Shown here: piece by piece, positions 24,401 through 36,785 of the stretch
Layout of the letters: each line of letters begins with the position of its first letter
Numbering within the stretch: position 1 is the stretch's first letter
From: Ginglymostoma cirratum
Taxonomy: Eukaryota
Assembly: GCA_024137785.1 (NCBI GenBank)
Contig: JAHRHZ010000267.1
Span: 21,475,307 to 21,539,306, forward strand
DNA: 64,000 nucleotides
Reading direction: 5' to 3'
Notes under the pieces: model-generated
What the model saw: the letters and a program-made list of their open reading frames with translations, nothing else
Told to the model about the DNA's origin: nothing
Databases searched by the model: none
Program-made: the position numbers and the translations under genes

Positions 24401-26756
24401 GGACATCTACTATCAGCACTAGTAAATATTACATGTAGATGAATATTAAATTGACAGTAAATATGATCCTGAGCTAGTACTTAAATCCAGGTAATTTTAT
24501 AAATGGGTAGTTTCTACTCAAAGTTAATGGACTGTGGCTGTTGTCTATATGTGATTATGTGAAAGTGCCCAATGAATGTTTAATACAGGATCTTATTTCC
24601 AGTGTCATACTTTTATAAATGTGTTTGGACTGAGAATGTGGGATGTTTGAAGACTAAGACCGATGTTAATACCTGAAGGTATTTAAATTTAACTCATGGC
24701 AACGCATCTGAAGACATGTGTCTGATTTATTATTGAGCAAAGTATCCAAACTAATAAATAGTAAATAATTAAATAAATAGACTGCCAGTTGAATATTCAG
24801 TGAGAAGGAGTTCAGACTTCACCAGATATGACTGAAAGATATGCATTTGCCACTAGGAGAAATTATTTAGCTTTTCAGCATCGAATTTTACACAATAGTT
24901 TCACGGCACCTTAATGAAAACATACCTCAATTAACAAGACTGCCAAACAATCCTAATTCCCAACCACCTACAGACTGTTCTGCCATTGAGACACTATGAT
25001 TCAAATCATAAGGAATCTTAAAATATAACTCATTTCCTAATAAATTCATACAAGGTAAAATATTTGCATTCGTGATCACGTAAGAATGTGTATAAATCAT
25101 TCTTTTCACTTGTTCTGTTCTTTACCAAATAAAATTACGTAAGCCTATGCTATGCAACAACATTTTATCTTGTGGAAAAATGTGACTTTTGATAATCTTA
25201 TTGAAATATAATGTTATGCCTGAAAGCCTCGAGTGTCGTAAATGCCCAACTGTTCATTCTTGCGTGAGCTTAGTATTTGTTGATGGTCTGTATTCTATCT
25301 GCTGATGTCCTCTCTCCTTTGTCAAACATGCTCACTGTTACTGACATTGATCACGGTATCTGAATTATGTGGAAGAGAGACAGTACTGATGGAGGTTATC
25401 CAGCCCACTATGACAGTACTGGCTAAAAGTTCCTAAGTAGTCCCCACTACCCACCTTCTTCCCTGCTGCCATCGCAATAATTCTCCTGGTAAGCAGTAAT
25501 CGAGATCCTTCCTAGCCAGCTTCTGCACCATGCATGATCAGTTAGTTTATTCATGAGCTTTGATTCAATGGACACCTCTCTGCTTTATCCACTTAAAGCT
25601 TCCACTTAGCCAGATATAAATATTTGGCCATTAGTCAACATTCTAAATGAGTAAATAAACAATCCTTGGGATTTGTTAATGGAACATTACTTTTTTTTGA
25701 ACAATGGTAAATAGTGGAAATTAGTCACTTCAATATAACTATTGGGTTTTTTAGGATGGCCATGAGTCATTAGGATTTCTGGCTCCAGTTATGTACCAGG
25801 TGTCAGGAAATTCCAGAACAAGTAACGTTGCTGGATTTGATCCCGGTTGTCAACACAACCATTGTCAGGACAAACTGGCTCTGGCTCTGTAAATGTGAAT
25901 TTGGGTGATGGTTTAACCTACTTTGTTGACCAGATTCATACTAGTTGAAAAGAAGACGCACATAATAATCTCCTGCAAGAGGTACTGATCATTTTAAATT
26001 TCTAACCAATGATGAGTACCTGCTGACTATCGGAACACACCAAGAGGTGAAGATGGGCTATTCAACAGTATTTCCTTGACTTTTTAAAAATTTTTCAAAG
26101 TAAGTACTTCTCATAATTTGAAAAGATTTATAAAAGGCTCTGTGAGTAATGAAAACATAGCAGCTGCAGTCTGCAGGAGATTAATTAGTTATATTGGAAG
26201 AAACACAGGATGGAATTTTCTCCTCATGCATCTATGAATAAAAGGGGAAACTCTGTTGCATTTAATAGAAAGCAGCTTGGTGTTCCAAGAAGTTATGTGG
26301 TACTGTGCCATCCTATCTCAGCCCGTGGAAAGCCCCATGGAGTGCTAGCATAAAACAGTTTGCAGGCAGATATCCAGTCCAGGCTTTTTCTCTTTCTGCT
26401 GCAGGAATTGGCTCCTTATGCTGCAACAGTTTGTCAGGCATCAAGCATCTTCTAATATCACACCCAAACGCTTATTGTTCCTTCTATGACGTTATGAGGG
26501 CAGAAGGCATTGCCCATCTGTCCAGTCCTGTCTTAGCTTCCAATTCTTGGATTAAGGAATATTCAGGAGATTAGCTAATTCAATGTAGTCAGGCAATGGA
26601 CCTGGAGCCATCTTATTCCATACAGTTCAGCTACATGCTCGATTTTCAGGATCATACAGCCTTTTCTACAAACAAAAAAATATGCAACCCAGCTAGACAA
26701 ATTTATTTTTCACCTGGCAGTATACCACTCTTCTGAATTAAAAAATATTTAATTCC

Positions 26757-27275
26757 TTCTATTGGAAGGGCATTGTGAAACTTGAAAGCGATTCAGAAAA
26801 GATTTACAAGAATGTTGCCAGGGTTGGAGGGCTTGAGCTATAGGGAGAGGCTGATAGACTGGGTCTATTTTCCCTGGAGAGTTGAGGCTGAGAGGTGACC
26901 TTATGAAGGCTTATAAAATCATAAAGGGGCTTGGATAGGGTGATTAGCCAAGGTCTCTTCCCTCGGGTGTGGGAGTCCAAAGCTAGAGGGCATAGGTTTA
27001 AAGTGAGAGGGAAGACATTTAAAAGGGGCCTGAGGGGCTACTTTTCTCACGCAGAGGGTTGTGTATGTATGGAATGAGCTGCCAGAGGAAGTGGTGGAGG
27101 CAGGCACAATAACAACATTTAAAAGGCTTTTGAATGCATGTATAAACAGGAAGGGTTTAGAAAGATTTAGGCCAAATGCTGGCAAATGGGACTAGATTAA
27201 TTTAGAATATCTGGTTGGCATGGACGAATTAGACCAAAAGGTCTGTTTCCGTGCTGTACAGCTCTATCACTCTAT
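26757..27275 (+). mobile_element. 5'-truncated CR1 (HER1-like) LINE with intact 3' end, relatively young
   Basis: Encodes QKRFTRMLPGLEGLSYRERL...FFSRRGL-type CR1 C-terminus with frameshifts; ends ctgtttccgtgctgtacagctctatcactctat. Confidence 0.9.
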
Positions 27276-28419
27276 TGAAGTGATGCTTTACGATTAATAT
27301 TGGCACATTTAACAGTTTAAGTTGTGCTTTACAGTTTAAAGCCTTAATTTTCAGATCTTGATGCTAGGAGATGACCTGAATACTTCAGGAATTAAAACTT
27401 AATCTTATTTTCTAAAAATAAGTAAATAAATATGAAGCAGGGATGCAAAGGTTGTGTGCTTTTCAACAGCTTTCCAAATGGGGTGTACGTGCCCCTACAT
27501 TTAAAACATAAAATTTATCACTTAGTTGAGTTGTTTAGGTTCACTGCCACTGTTTTTTTTTAAAGCCATGTATTCTGTGTGTGTGGATTTAAAACAGAAT
27601 TACTCAGCAGCTTGTTGATATTAAAACATGGAATTTGTCCTTTTTATTTATATAAAACAAAACATGTGAGCTCAGACTAGCCACGGGGCTGTCATTAATC
27701 TTTGCAATAAACTGCTCCAAATAGCAGTAACTGTTAAGCATTAGTTCTGGCTGAAATTAGCATTTTTCAACAGTCCTGTGAGGCATTACTGTGTTGGTGC
27801 ATTAGAACCAGCTTTCAGCATTAAAAGCTGCAGAAACTGGCTGTAAGATGTGTTTGGTTACTGGCCAGGGCAAGACCTCTGAAGGAAAAAGAAAGTCACG
27901 ATTTCCATAAGAGGAAAGCAAACAGTAGAGGAAAGATAGTACAGCAATCTGCTTAATTGGCAGACATCAAACATGACGATTAGAAGCACTTTTGTCAAAA
28001 ATCTGAAATATGAAACTAATTTCCAAGTTTCCCTGCTTATCAGAAATGATGATGTTTTACACCATCACAGTGGAACAAAAGGTTCAATTTTCAGAAAACC
28101 TTCAACTCAGATTTATTTGCACTGCTCTATTAATGACATTATTAATGAAGATTTCACAGCAAATCATCATTGATGCTTTGTCTGCTTAACTGATCTTGAG
28201 AAATGTAAATTAGGTTAATCTGAAAGCTTGATCAGAATTCTTCTGCTGCCTGAATATACAACTTGTCAACTGTCATATCAAAACAGCATCTGTCAATGTT
28301 TAGTGCTCCATATAATCTAGGAATCTGAATTTTCTTATTCCTTTTAAGAGATTACAACAAAGCTGCTTGGGACATCCTTTCATTGGTCCCAAATAGTGAC
28401 TAGACTAAGGCAAGACTGT

Positions 28420-28605
28420 CGGTCAAAGTTCCATCTCCTATTCCATGTTTCTTCCCTGACAGTACTGTAGATGCACACACACCAAATGGGCTGCAGCAAT
28501 TCAAGAAGGTGGCTCTCTAACACCTTCCTTTGTTCTCCAGGACATTTGGGGATGCACCTTAAATACTTGCCAGCAATGCCTACATTTCAGGAGCAAATAA
28601 ACCAA
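28420..28605 (+). mobile_element. LINE/SINE 3' tail (second CR1-group lineage)
   Basis: gggctgcagcaattcaagaaggtggctc...gccagcaatgcctacat resembles the tails at 44290-44385 and 63284-63360. Confidence 0.55.
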
Positions 28606-29347
28606 AAGTTGGAAATCATATTAACGCATGCTGACGCGCTGCCACTCTGGCCTTGTAGAACTGGTGCCAGTGTGGTTAGGGTTTGGGAAAACAGGATAAG
28701 AGTTAGAAGACTGCTGGTCTTTAGTAGAAATGCTACTTTTGACAGCGAACACAAGCACTTGCTTTGTAATTTCATTTCTTTTTACACTTGTTAAGCACCG
28801 AACACCACTCTTGATAGAAAGATCAGCACTATTTCTTTTTCTTATGGGCCATTTGAGCATGCAGTGTTCCGCTTGACATTAACTGCATTTATAATTCAAA
28901 TAATTTTATTGAGTCGAATAGTCCAGTAGTGTTTCAATTCCAGATTTGCTTGCATACTGCTCAGCTCAAGGCCTGTGTTGAGTTTCAATGGAATGGCTAT
29001 AAGAGACAGTAATTGGGCAATTTACTTCTTCCACCACTCATCGGGGCATAGCACTTACTCTGGAGAGCAGTGGGAAGGAAAGATGCACACATCTGTGCCA
29101 AGGTTGCTAAAAATCTCGCACCGTACAACATTGATCATCACATACTGTCAGTATCTGTTAAAGTCAATGTGGCCTTGAAATTCTTCACTTCTTTTAGCTA
29201 ATTTTGAAGATAAGCCACACATTTTGGCATCTTTACAGGTTGCTGATGCCCTCTTTGCCAGGACTGGACATTACATTCATGTTATGGTAGGCATGATAGC
29301 TCTGGCAGCATGGTAGTATTGCCTCTGAACACAATAACCTTTTCAAA

Positions 29348-29910
29348 TGAAAACAGAAATTGCTGGTGAAACTCAGCAAGGGGAACAGGTGAGTGGAGAG
29401 AGGGAGAATAACGGGATTGTTGTCAATGGGAGCTGAGAGTGGATGAGAAATGGGTTGGCTATGCTAAAAGCAACCCATGTTATGACAGGGCCAAGTATGG
29501 GATTGGATAAAAAACATGGGAGGACGGAATCTGTCTCTAAAGTTATTGAACTCAATGTTGAGCGCTAAAGGCTGCAGGGCTCCCAATCAGAAAATGAGAT
29601 GCTATTCACCAACCTCACACTGACTGTCACTGGAATACTGCAGCAGGCCTGTGACAAATGTTGGCGTGCAAGGCAGTCATCCAGCCTGTGTTCCAACTCC
29701 CCGGCCTATCCCCAGAAATGGAAACCAAGATAGCAATAAGAAAAGAAAGGAGTCAGAGATGGACCAGGTGAAGATGAAAGCAGGGTAGAACTTGATCAGC
29801 TTTTTTCAATTCCGGATGAGGGAAGCAACACCGATAATGTCATCGATGTAGCGGAGAAAGAGCTGTGGGAAGGAGCCCAAGTAGGACTGAAACAAAGGAA
29901 GTTCCACATC
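29348..29910 (-). mobile_element. Internally deleted Penelope-like element (RT, GIY-YIG end, pLTR piece)
   Basis: Minus strand reads LFQSYLGSFPQLFLRYIDDIIG (YIDD at 29850-29839), FTWSISDS, then HLIF*LGALQPLALNIEFNNFR, then a pLTR remnant. Confidence 0.85.
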
Positions 29911-29924
29911 GTAGCTTTCTCTAG

Positions 29925-30275
29925 ATGTGCACTCATTTTCTAGGAAACTACTATGACTCCATTAACTTCCAACAGATCTGAGATCTTCACTCCAAATCCC
30001 AAAATGATGATGAATCCTAGGAGATAAGGAATATCCCTCGAAGATGAGGCTGCTATTGACTATTGTGGTAACTGCAGACAGAAGAACAGATGCAATACTT
30101 CCAATCCCACATCCTCAATATGATCATCATTGAGAAGGGCATCATGCTTCTGAGGATGTTGTTCCCATGCCTGGTCAGTTTGTGTGGTACTATCAAATAC
30201 CCTCCTGCAAAGCATTCAATCATAACGGTGGAATGCTGCACTTTCCATAATGTAACCCCAGAGAGGTGTGGACCT
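29925..30275 (+). mobile_element. PIF/Harbinger (HARBI1-like) transposase pseudo-fragment
   Basis: Three collinear frameshifted motifs: CTHFLGNYYDSI (PGS.HDS.I), LGDKEYP (LGDKGYP) and YFQSH...IIEKGIMLLRMLFPCL...IKYPPAKHSIITVECCTFHN (YN.SH...IE..IGLLK.RFRCL...LQY.P.K...I...CC.LHN). Confidence 0.75.
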
Positions 30276-30404
30276 CAAACCCAGTGAAGTCCTGGAAGGA
30301 GAAAGCTCATCCAGGGAGAGAGGTTGGAGTAGGAGTTGAGATGGGAAGAGGGAGATGACACTGAAATCAAGAGCTTCTCTTGCTACATGATGATAAGGTA
30401 GACC

Positions 30405-30600
30405 TCCTACTTGTTACCATCCAGGAAGAAGATCACCCTCCTCAGTGTCCAGCACTGGATCCAGGTTGACATCAATGAAGTGGCAACTACCCTGCCCCAG
30501 CTGCTAAACTTCCTGCTCTCTCGTGACATCTTGCTTCCCTCTGGTGCTGTGGAAAGGGTTTTATCGTAAGCAGCAGACTTCTTTCTTAAGAAAACCATCA
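30405..30600 (-). mobile_element. Possible Harbinger Myb/SANT-like ORF remnant convergent with the transposase
   Basis: SSWGRVV...TWIQC resembles Myb/SANT-like EVSS..V..RTWIQC; the position fits the two-gene Harbinger layout. Confidence 0.35.
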
Positions 30601-33432
30601 GCCTCAGTAATGGCTGCCTGGGGTGAATAAATGAGTCCCACAGTTTACCTGACCCACTTCCATTCCTGATCTCATTTGGCTCTAAGTGGACAGGAAGCCT
30701 GACTGCTTTATCAATTGAGGGCTATAATCCATTCACAAGGACAGTCTGTCACTGGAAGCTTTTAAAAATTGAGTTTTTAGTCTCTTTTTAGTATCTTTCC
30801 TATTTGTAATTCTGATCAGCTAAGTTTCCCAGGTCTTAGGGAAACGTGCCTTTAAAGCGCTGCTAATGGACAAGAATGAGCAGGAGTGTTTCCACCAGCC
30901 CAGCAAATTAGCTTATAAACCACCTGCATGCTCTCTCCACCACCCCCTGTCATTTCCCCTTACTACAAAAACGGTCACCTCCACTTCACAAACCATCATC
31001 TTCTCCCATCCTTGCCTGCCCACTCCACTCCCCGCTGGCTTTCCTGCCCGTCGAAGATCGGGCTGGTTGTCTGGCAAGAAGCCTTGGGAAAGGATTTTGA
31101 CAGTTAATGAACGTTTACAGGAAGCCAGGAAGTATTCTCTCCACATCTCCCAGCACTGAACACACCGCTCAGTATGTTTGGGGAGCAAAGTAAATATTGG
31201 GAGCAATGTCATTTAATACTGTTTTAAAAAACCCACTTTTGATTGAGTTCTTGCACTGTTATACTCAAATGTAAGAAATCCCTAAGACACGCTGGTTATC
31301 AAAGACCACCATCACAGTTGGAGGGGGAGGCGGGGAGCTCAAAGGTTTGGCATGGGTTCTGTACTTTAGTTCACCAGAACTGATCGCAGGTGCATTCTAA
31401 AACAATTCATATTCTTATCTTTAAGAACATATTACAAATTGCTGTAGAAATAGCCAGATCCAAACTGCTTCTGATGTGCTTGTGTGTAACTTAAAAGGAA
31501 AATGTGTTGATCAACTCCATATGTTTTATCTACTTTGCACAAGTGGCTATTTTTCAGTGCAGTATTTCCTTACTATTGCCAAGGCACCTCTGCTTTCTTT
31601 GCATCTATGACAAGGTCACATCCTTTTGTTGCTTTCAGTGTACTTTTTTTAATCTTTCTTTGTAAGCGGATACAATGTTCAGGAAATATCCCATATTGAA
31701 GAAACCCACAATACCTGTCTCACTCTCTGTGGCCATGTCAAGTGTTTTGCACCTGTCTTTTTATGGTCTCTCCAAAGATCTAATTTTACTTGACAATGAT
31801 GAATTGGAAGTTTACTACAGGGAAACCCTTAGACATGAAACTGAGTGGAAGAACATAAGATGGCTTTATAAGTGAACACAAAAAATTTGCATCACGCAGT
31901 TATCACTGTCTGAAATAACTGCGCAAATAATAATATATTTTGAGGATTCTACCCACTAAAAAGTTTTCAATGTCTTCTTTCTCTAGTCCATTCATTTAAT
32001 ACTCTTCCCACCTCATCTCTTTTCTCAAAATTTTGCACTATTCTTCAAGCATGACAGGGCAAGTAACCTAACTCTTAGGCTTCTGTTAAGATTCTTGAAC
32101 TGGGTGCGGAAGAGGCTGACTTGCTTTCTGTGAAAACACTTCTGCTTGGTATGGCTTTGATGACCCGCTGTGTGAGTTGGTATAGATATTGTGGCTAGGT
32201 ATCCTATTTGTAATACACCATCCCATCGACGCCCTCCAACACTGTGTAGCCATACCAAATTTTTAATAAAAGTTACAATCTGATCCAAGCAATGATGCAC
32301 ATTTTTATTTCCTTTCCAGCATGCACATGTTTAATAATTTCCGATGCTGAAAAGTACGCTGATGACGAAATTGTAGCCTAACATCACTTAGCATCAGTAG
32401 GATGTCCACCACGATTAGCAGCTGCTGCTTCAGATTTTTCTCTCACCTGCTTTTCTTTGGTAAATTTTGAATGGCTTTTAAATGTGAGTCATAAATTACA
32501 ACTCATAAAAACAAAGTTTGTCCCATTTGTTTTCTATTTAAATAATTCCATTTAAAGTAAGTTTCACAGCTAAAAGCCTTGTACTTCAGCAACAGAGCAC
32601 CCCAAATATCTAAGTGGTTGTACCTCCCCTGCTTCAGCTCTCCATCCCGGTATCAACTATGCAGGATTTTAAATATACACATTGGGATTTATATTAATCT
32701 TATTGAACAAGAATAGCTTATTGTTCTGTTGAAAATGTTGGATCAATGTTTATATCAGCAATGAGAATTCCTGTTGAGATCAATGCTTAATAAAAGCAAA
32801 AGCTTTATTGGAAAATCCTACTTGTGCTTAACTGGAAGGAAATGACTGCAGCTGGAAATGTTATGCAACAATACATCAATCCTAATGTATAAAATATGTG
32901 GTCCTTTATTTGGGCATTTTTACGTGGTAATATTTGCCTAATTATAGGAACCATTACATGTCAGAGTAAATTATTAAATGACTTATGTACCTTTTTTGTT
33001 TGTTTGAAAACTCATCTGCAATAGCAGCAGTTTTTGTAAATGTGCAGGTTGACATTTTGTGAGTATCCGTGAAAATAGCTCACCAGTGAATTCCTTCTGC
33101 ATTCTATTTTTAGGTCACCCATTTATATATTCCCATCTGCTATATTTTAATGGTGACTTTAACTCTTAAAATAAGCCATGTACATTTTTCAAGTAGAAAT
33201 GTAAGACGAAGATGAGAAAATTGAGATGGGGAAGTGAGTGGGAGAAGAAAGATTTTCTGCAAATACATTATAAAAGTGATAAAGCCTTTGCTGACATATC
33301 TGAATATGATCTTTCTGATCTCTTCCAGAGAAACTGGGATCAAAGCATATTCCGGGAGCTTTAACAACATGGTTATGTAACTGTTGTCTCTCTCTTCTCT
33401 TACATTAATATTAAATTAGAAAGCTGTCCTAC

Positions 33433-33513
33433 CTTTCTCCTTTTGACTTCTCTTTATATTGGGTCCATTATCATGATCATTGAGTTCCCCTTCTCTAGTC
33501 CCAGGCTGACCAG
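33433..33513 (-). CDS. DACH2: DACH2-like short symmetric coding exon, 81 bp, phase 1 to 1
   Basis: Encodes (S)GQPGTREGELNDHDNGPNIKRSQKEK, similar to DACH1 PGPKEGDLAGHDMGHESKRMHIEK. Acceptor ttttctttgccaaCAG|CT, donor AAAG|GTAGG. Phases fit both neighbours. Confidence 0.85.
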
Positions 33514-34154
33514 CTGTTGGCAAAGAAAATATGTAATAATCTAATTTATTCAACTGGACCAACACCAGAGAATTGGTTCTTTTTAAACTATTCACATTAT
33601 ATTTGCATTCTTGCAAATCCAAGACTTTAAACTTCTCGTTAACCTGGGGCCCCCTACTTCAGCATACTACTTGTGCATATAAAAAAAAATTACAAATATC
33701 TGAGCACATACTTCTAAGCAATGCCACATTTCCTGGCTTTGTTGTCATACTAGCTCTATATTCTAATATAATAATGCTTTTAAACATATACTAATACAAA
33801 AAATAGTTTTTAACCAACCAACAGAATGGTTTACCTGCCCATTACAGACTGGTTAGTTTTCATTTTCAATGAAGAATTGTTTTATAGTGGATAGGCAATC
33901 TGTCCTGTGATTGACTGAAGTTGATATTTACCCCTTTATAATTGTGTGTGGTATTGATCTTCCTGTAAGTGATGCATTTATTGTACAGTGTCACACTTGG
34001 AATTGCATTTTGTGAATTCCACCATTGTAAATTAAAATTTCTGACTGGCTTCTAATTTGCATTCACAAATCATAAAAGAAGAGACAGACAGCGCGTGAAA
34101 CAAACTTGGAAAAAGTTGATAACTAAATGTTGAATGAAGAACCACTAAAACAAT

Positions 34155-34839
34155 GGGCTGTATTTTACAGGGGGTGCCAGAAGGAAAGTCAGCCAGAGGT
34201 CAACTCACTCCAAGTAATCTCACCCTGTAGCCACAGCCCATTGTGTGTTAGTGTTAGGGGAATTACTTCTGCCCTTCAGTGGGAAGGGGTCCCTACTTAG
34301 GTGCTGCAGACCAATGCCATCGGCTTGCAGAGCTAAAGGTCAATAGAGTACGCTGCTGGGACTGCAAGAACCATCCTAAAGTGGAGCACGGCTGTCCCAG
34401 AAAGGTATTTTAGGACAGGATGGGATCCTAGACGATAGGGAGCTGGGGTGGGGACATCCATTTTGTAGGGTAAGCAGCACAGAAAGGGAGAGGTGATGTC
34501 TCATGTGTAGGCACCCTCAATGGACAGAGGTCACCTGTGAATGATATGCCCCCTTTACTTAGTACCTTTTTATCACGTACGTGATTAAAACACAGCCTAT
34601 TCAATCCTGCCTGACTACACCTCTCAGCCATATTTTGGTAGAGGCGGTTTATTATTCAGATCAATAAGCTTCCTAACAAACTTAATTGACCTGGACTGCA
34701 GATATCAGCTCCAGCACACCTAGTGTATTTCTAGAGGTACACTCTGGAGCAGAAAGGAAGGCTATGGACTGGCCACTCAACCTGATTTAAATGCTTCCTC
34801 ACTGAAAATGCATCCAGCAGGGCATGCTAAATTCAACCT
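34155..34839. mobile_element. Putative non-autonomous DNA transposon (MITE-like)
   Basis: GC-richer block bounded by GGGCTGTATTTT and TAAATTCAACCT (8/12 inverted match), with AAT on both sides. Confidence 0.35.
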
Positions 34840-36009
34840 AATGCATTAATCATGAGTTATCAGCAAAATCATGTATTACGGGGCTTAAGGCCTTTCAGCA
34901 GAATAGATATTAAATCATGAAGTTAAGATTTTAGTAACTTGTTTATACTGTAGCATTTCTGAGTTTAAAATTGTGGCTTTGTTGCCTCTAGCAGGGTATT
35001 TTACTTGACGTGTCAGTACTGATATTATCCCTCGTATAATGAGAATCTAGGCATTGATATTGTAACATGAAGAATCCAATAGACTTTTATTAATGCTAAC
35101 TATTACAAATGTTACATTTTGCAGGCACCAAGTGCCTGGGCTGATACACAGCCGTTTACATAGAACTGTGTGTTCTTGTAGTGAGTCATGCTTCAAATGA
35201 TTGAGGAGCAAGATAGAGTATGACACCTTTTTATACCTTCAAGTCATGTGCTAAGATGCAGTGATGATATCATAACCATGTCTTTTAAAGGTACACTGAT
35301 ATACAACCACCACACAGATGCCTGTACAATGTTTTCTGTTGGAGCACTGCACCTATCTTAAACTTTCTGATCATGCAAGTTCCCAGACTGTTCACAATTA
35401 GCCAAAAAGATTCTAGGAGGTGGGTTTTCAAACACTGGGAAGGTTGGAATCCAATATAGGTGAAACTGGAAATCACTGTCTCAAAGGTCACCTCGGAATC
35501 CCAAATTGTTTAGAGTTTCCTTCATGGGTCGGTGTGGGTGGGGGGAATGAAGAATTGGCGGGTAGGTATCGGAAATAATCATAGTTCACTATCGATCATC
35601 ATTAGACTCTTGTTAAGAAACTTGTTAACGAGAATCTCCAGTCTTGAATGCAATTTTTGTTTGATTTCAGCAAACCCCTGAACGGTTTGGTGCTCGTTTG
35701 TGCCCAGTTGTTGGGTTTATCAAAGGTACATTAGTATGTTCAACAGAATGCATGGAAAACTGAAGTTTGAGAAACCAATGAGCACTGGTGCAACTCTACC
35801 TTTTTTTTTTGGCACGGTCACTGTCCTCACTTCCGGTTCCTTGTCTTCTGCTGACCTACCTGCTATAACACACCAGCTCTGACAGTTAACAACTTGCCTT
35901 TGTTGCTGTCAGGAGGCAGGCAGCTCCTATCTCCTGAAGGTACTCAATGCCATTCTGCCCGTAAGCGAAGTCTGCCTCCTTTCCAATTAAGCAATTTTAA
36001 AATAAGGGT

Positions 36010-36347
36010 AGATTGTGGCAAAGTGGAAATGGCACTGGACTGGTAACCCAGAGACCCAGACTGCTGGAATTTAACTTCAATGAATAAATCTGGAATTAAA
36101 AGTGAGTCTAACTAATGGTGACTATGACAACTAATATTTATTGTTGTGAAAACTCAGATGGTTCATTAATGGTCCAATAGAGAAGGAAATCTGTCCTAGA
36201 TGTGGCTTTTGTCCTGCAGCGATGTGGTTGATTCTTAATTGCCTTCTGAAATAGTCTAGCAAGCCGCTCAGTTCAAGGGCAATTAGGGATGAGTAACAAC
36301 TGCTGGCTTTGCCAGTGATGCCCACGTTGCATGAAAGAGCAAAAAAG
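36010..36347 (+). mobile_element. tRNA-headed SINE with a LINE-derived tail
   Basis: gtggcaaagtgg...actggactggtaacccagag head; atgtggttgattcttaattgcc core; tail gggcaattagggatg...gccagtgatgcccac; second copy at 50915-51365. Confidence 0.75.
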
Positions 36348-36664
36348 AACATTTTAAAATAGCATCAAAAGAACAATGCTTTTAAGGAGCAGGATCAAGA
36401 TTCTGAATTCTTTGTTTTGAAAATCCAGATCCAGATCACAATATATCACACCCAGCATATGGTCTGTCCCTGCAAATTGCAACTTTTGTTTTGCAGTTTT
36501 GCAACCGCAAGATTGGGTATTTGCAGAATACAGCAGGACTTGCTGGAACAAGTCCTCCCTGCATTCTGGCCTTTCCACTGAAAACTGCTAGAATAATAAA
36601 TGGGGTAATTTCTTTTGTGACTACTTCTGTATAAAATATTAAAGGTAGAATGGACAACCAGCAT

Positions 36665-36785
36665 TCTTTGCTCCTCAGTACTATATAGGAAATGGCAATC
36701 TATATTATGCACTCAAGTCTGTGGAGTGGGACTTGCAGCTTGAAACTTTTGAGTCAGACATAAAATGGGAGTGCTGTGTCAAGGT
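36665..36785 (-). mobile_element. DeuSINE-like (SacSINE1-type) 5' fragment
   Basis: cctcagtact...gcactcaagtctgtggagtgggacttg resembles the reverse complement of the tRNA head and Deu-domain start. Confidence 0.45.

Noticed and set aside
31675-31875. hAT dimerisation-domain-like ORF
   Set aside because: The motif-like pieces are in the wrong order and the diagnostic ERxFS is absent.
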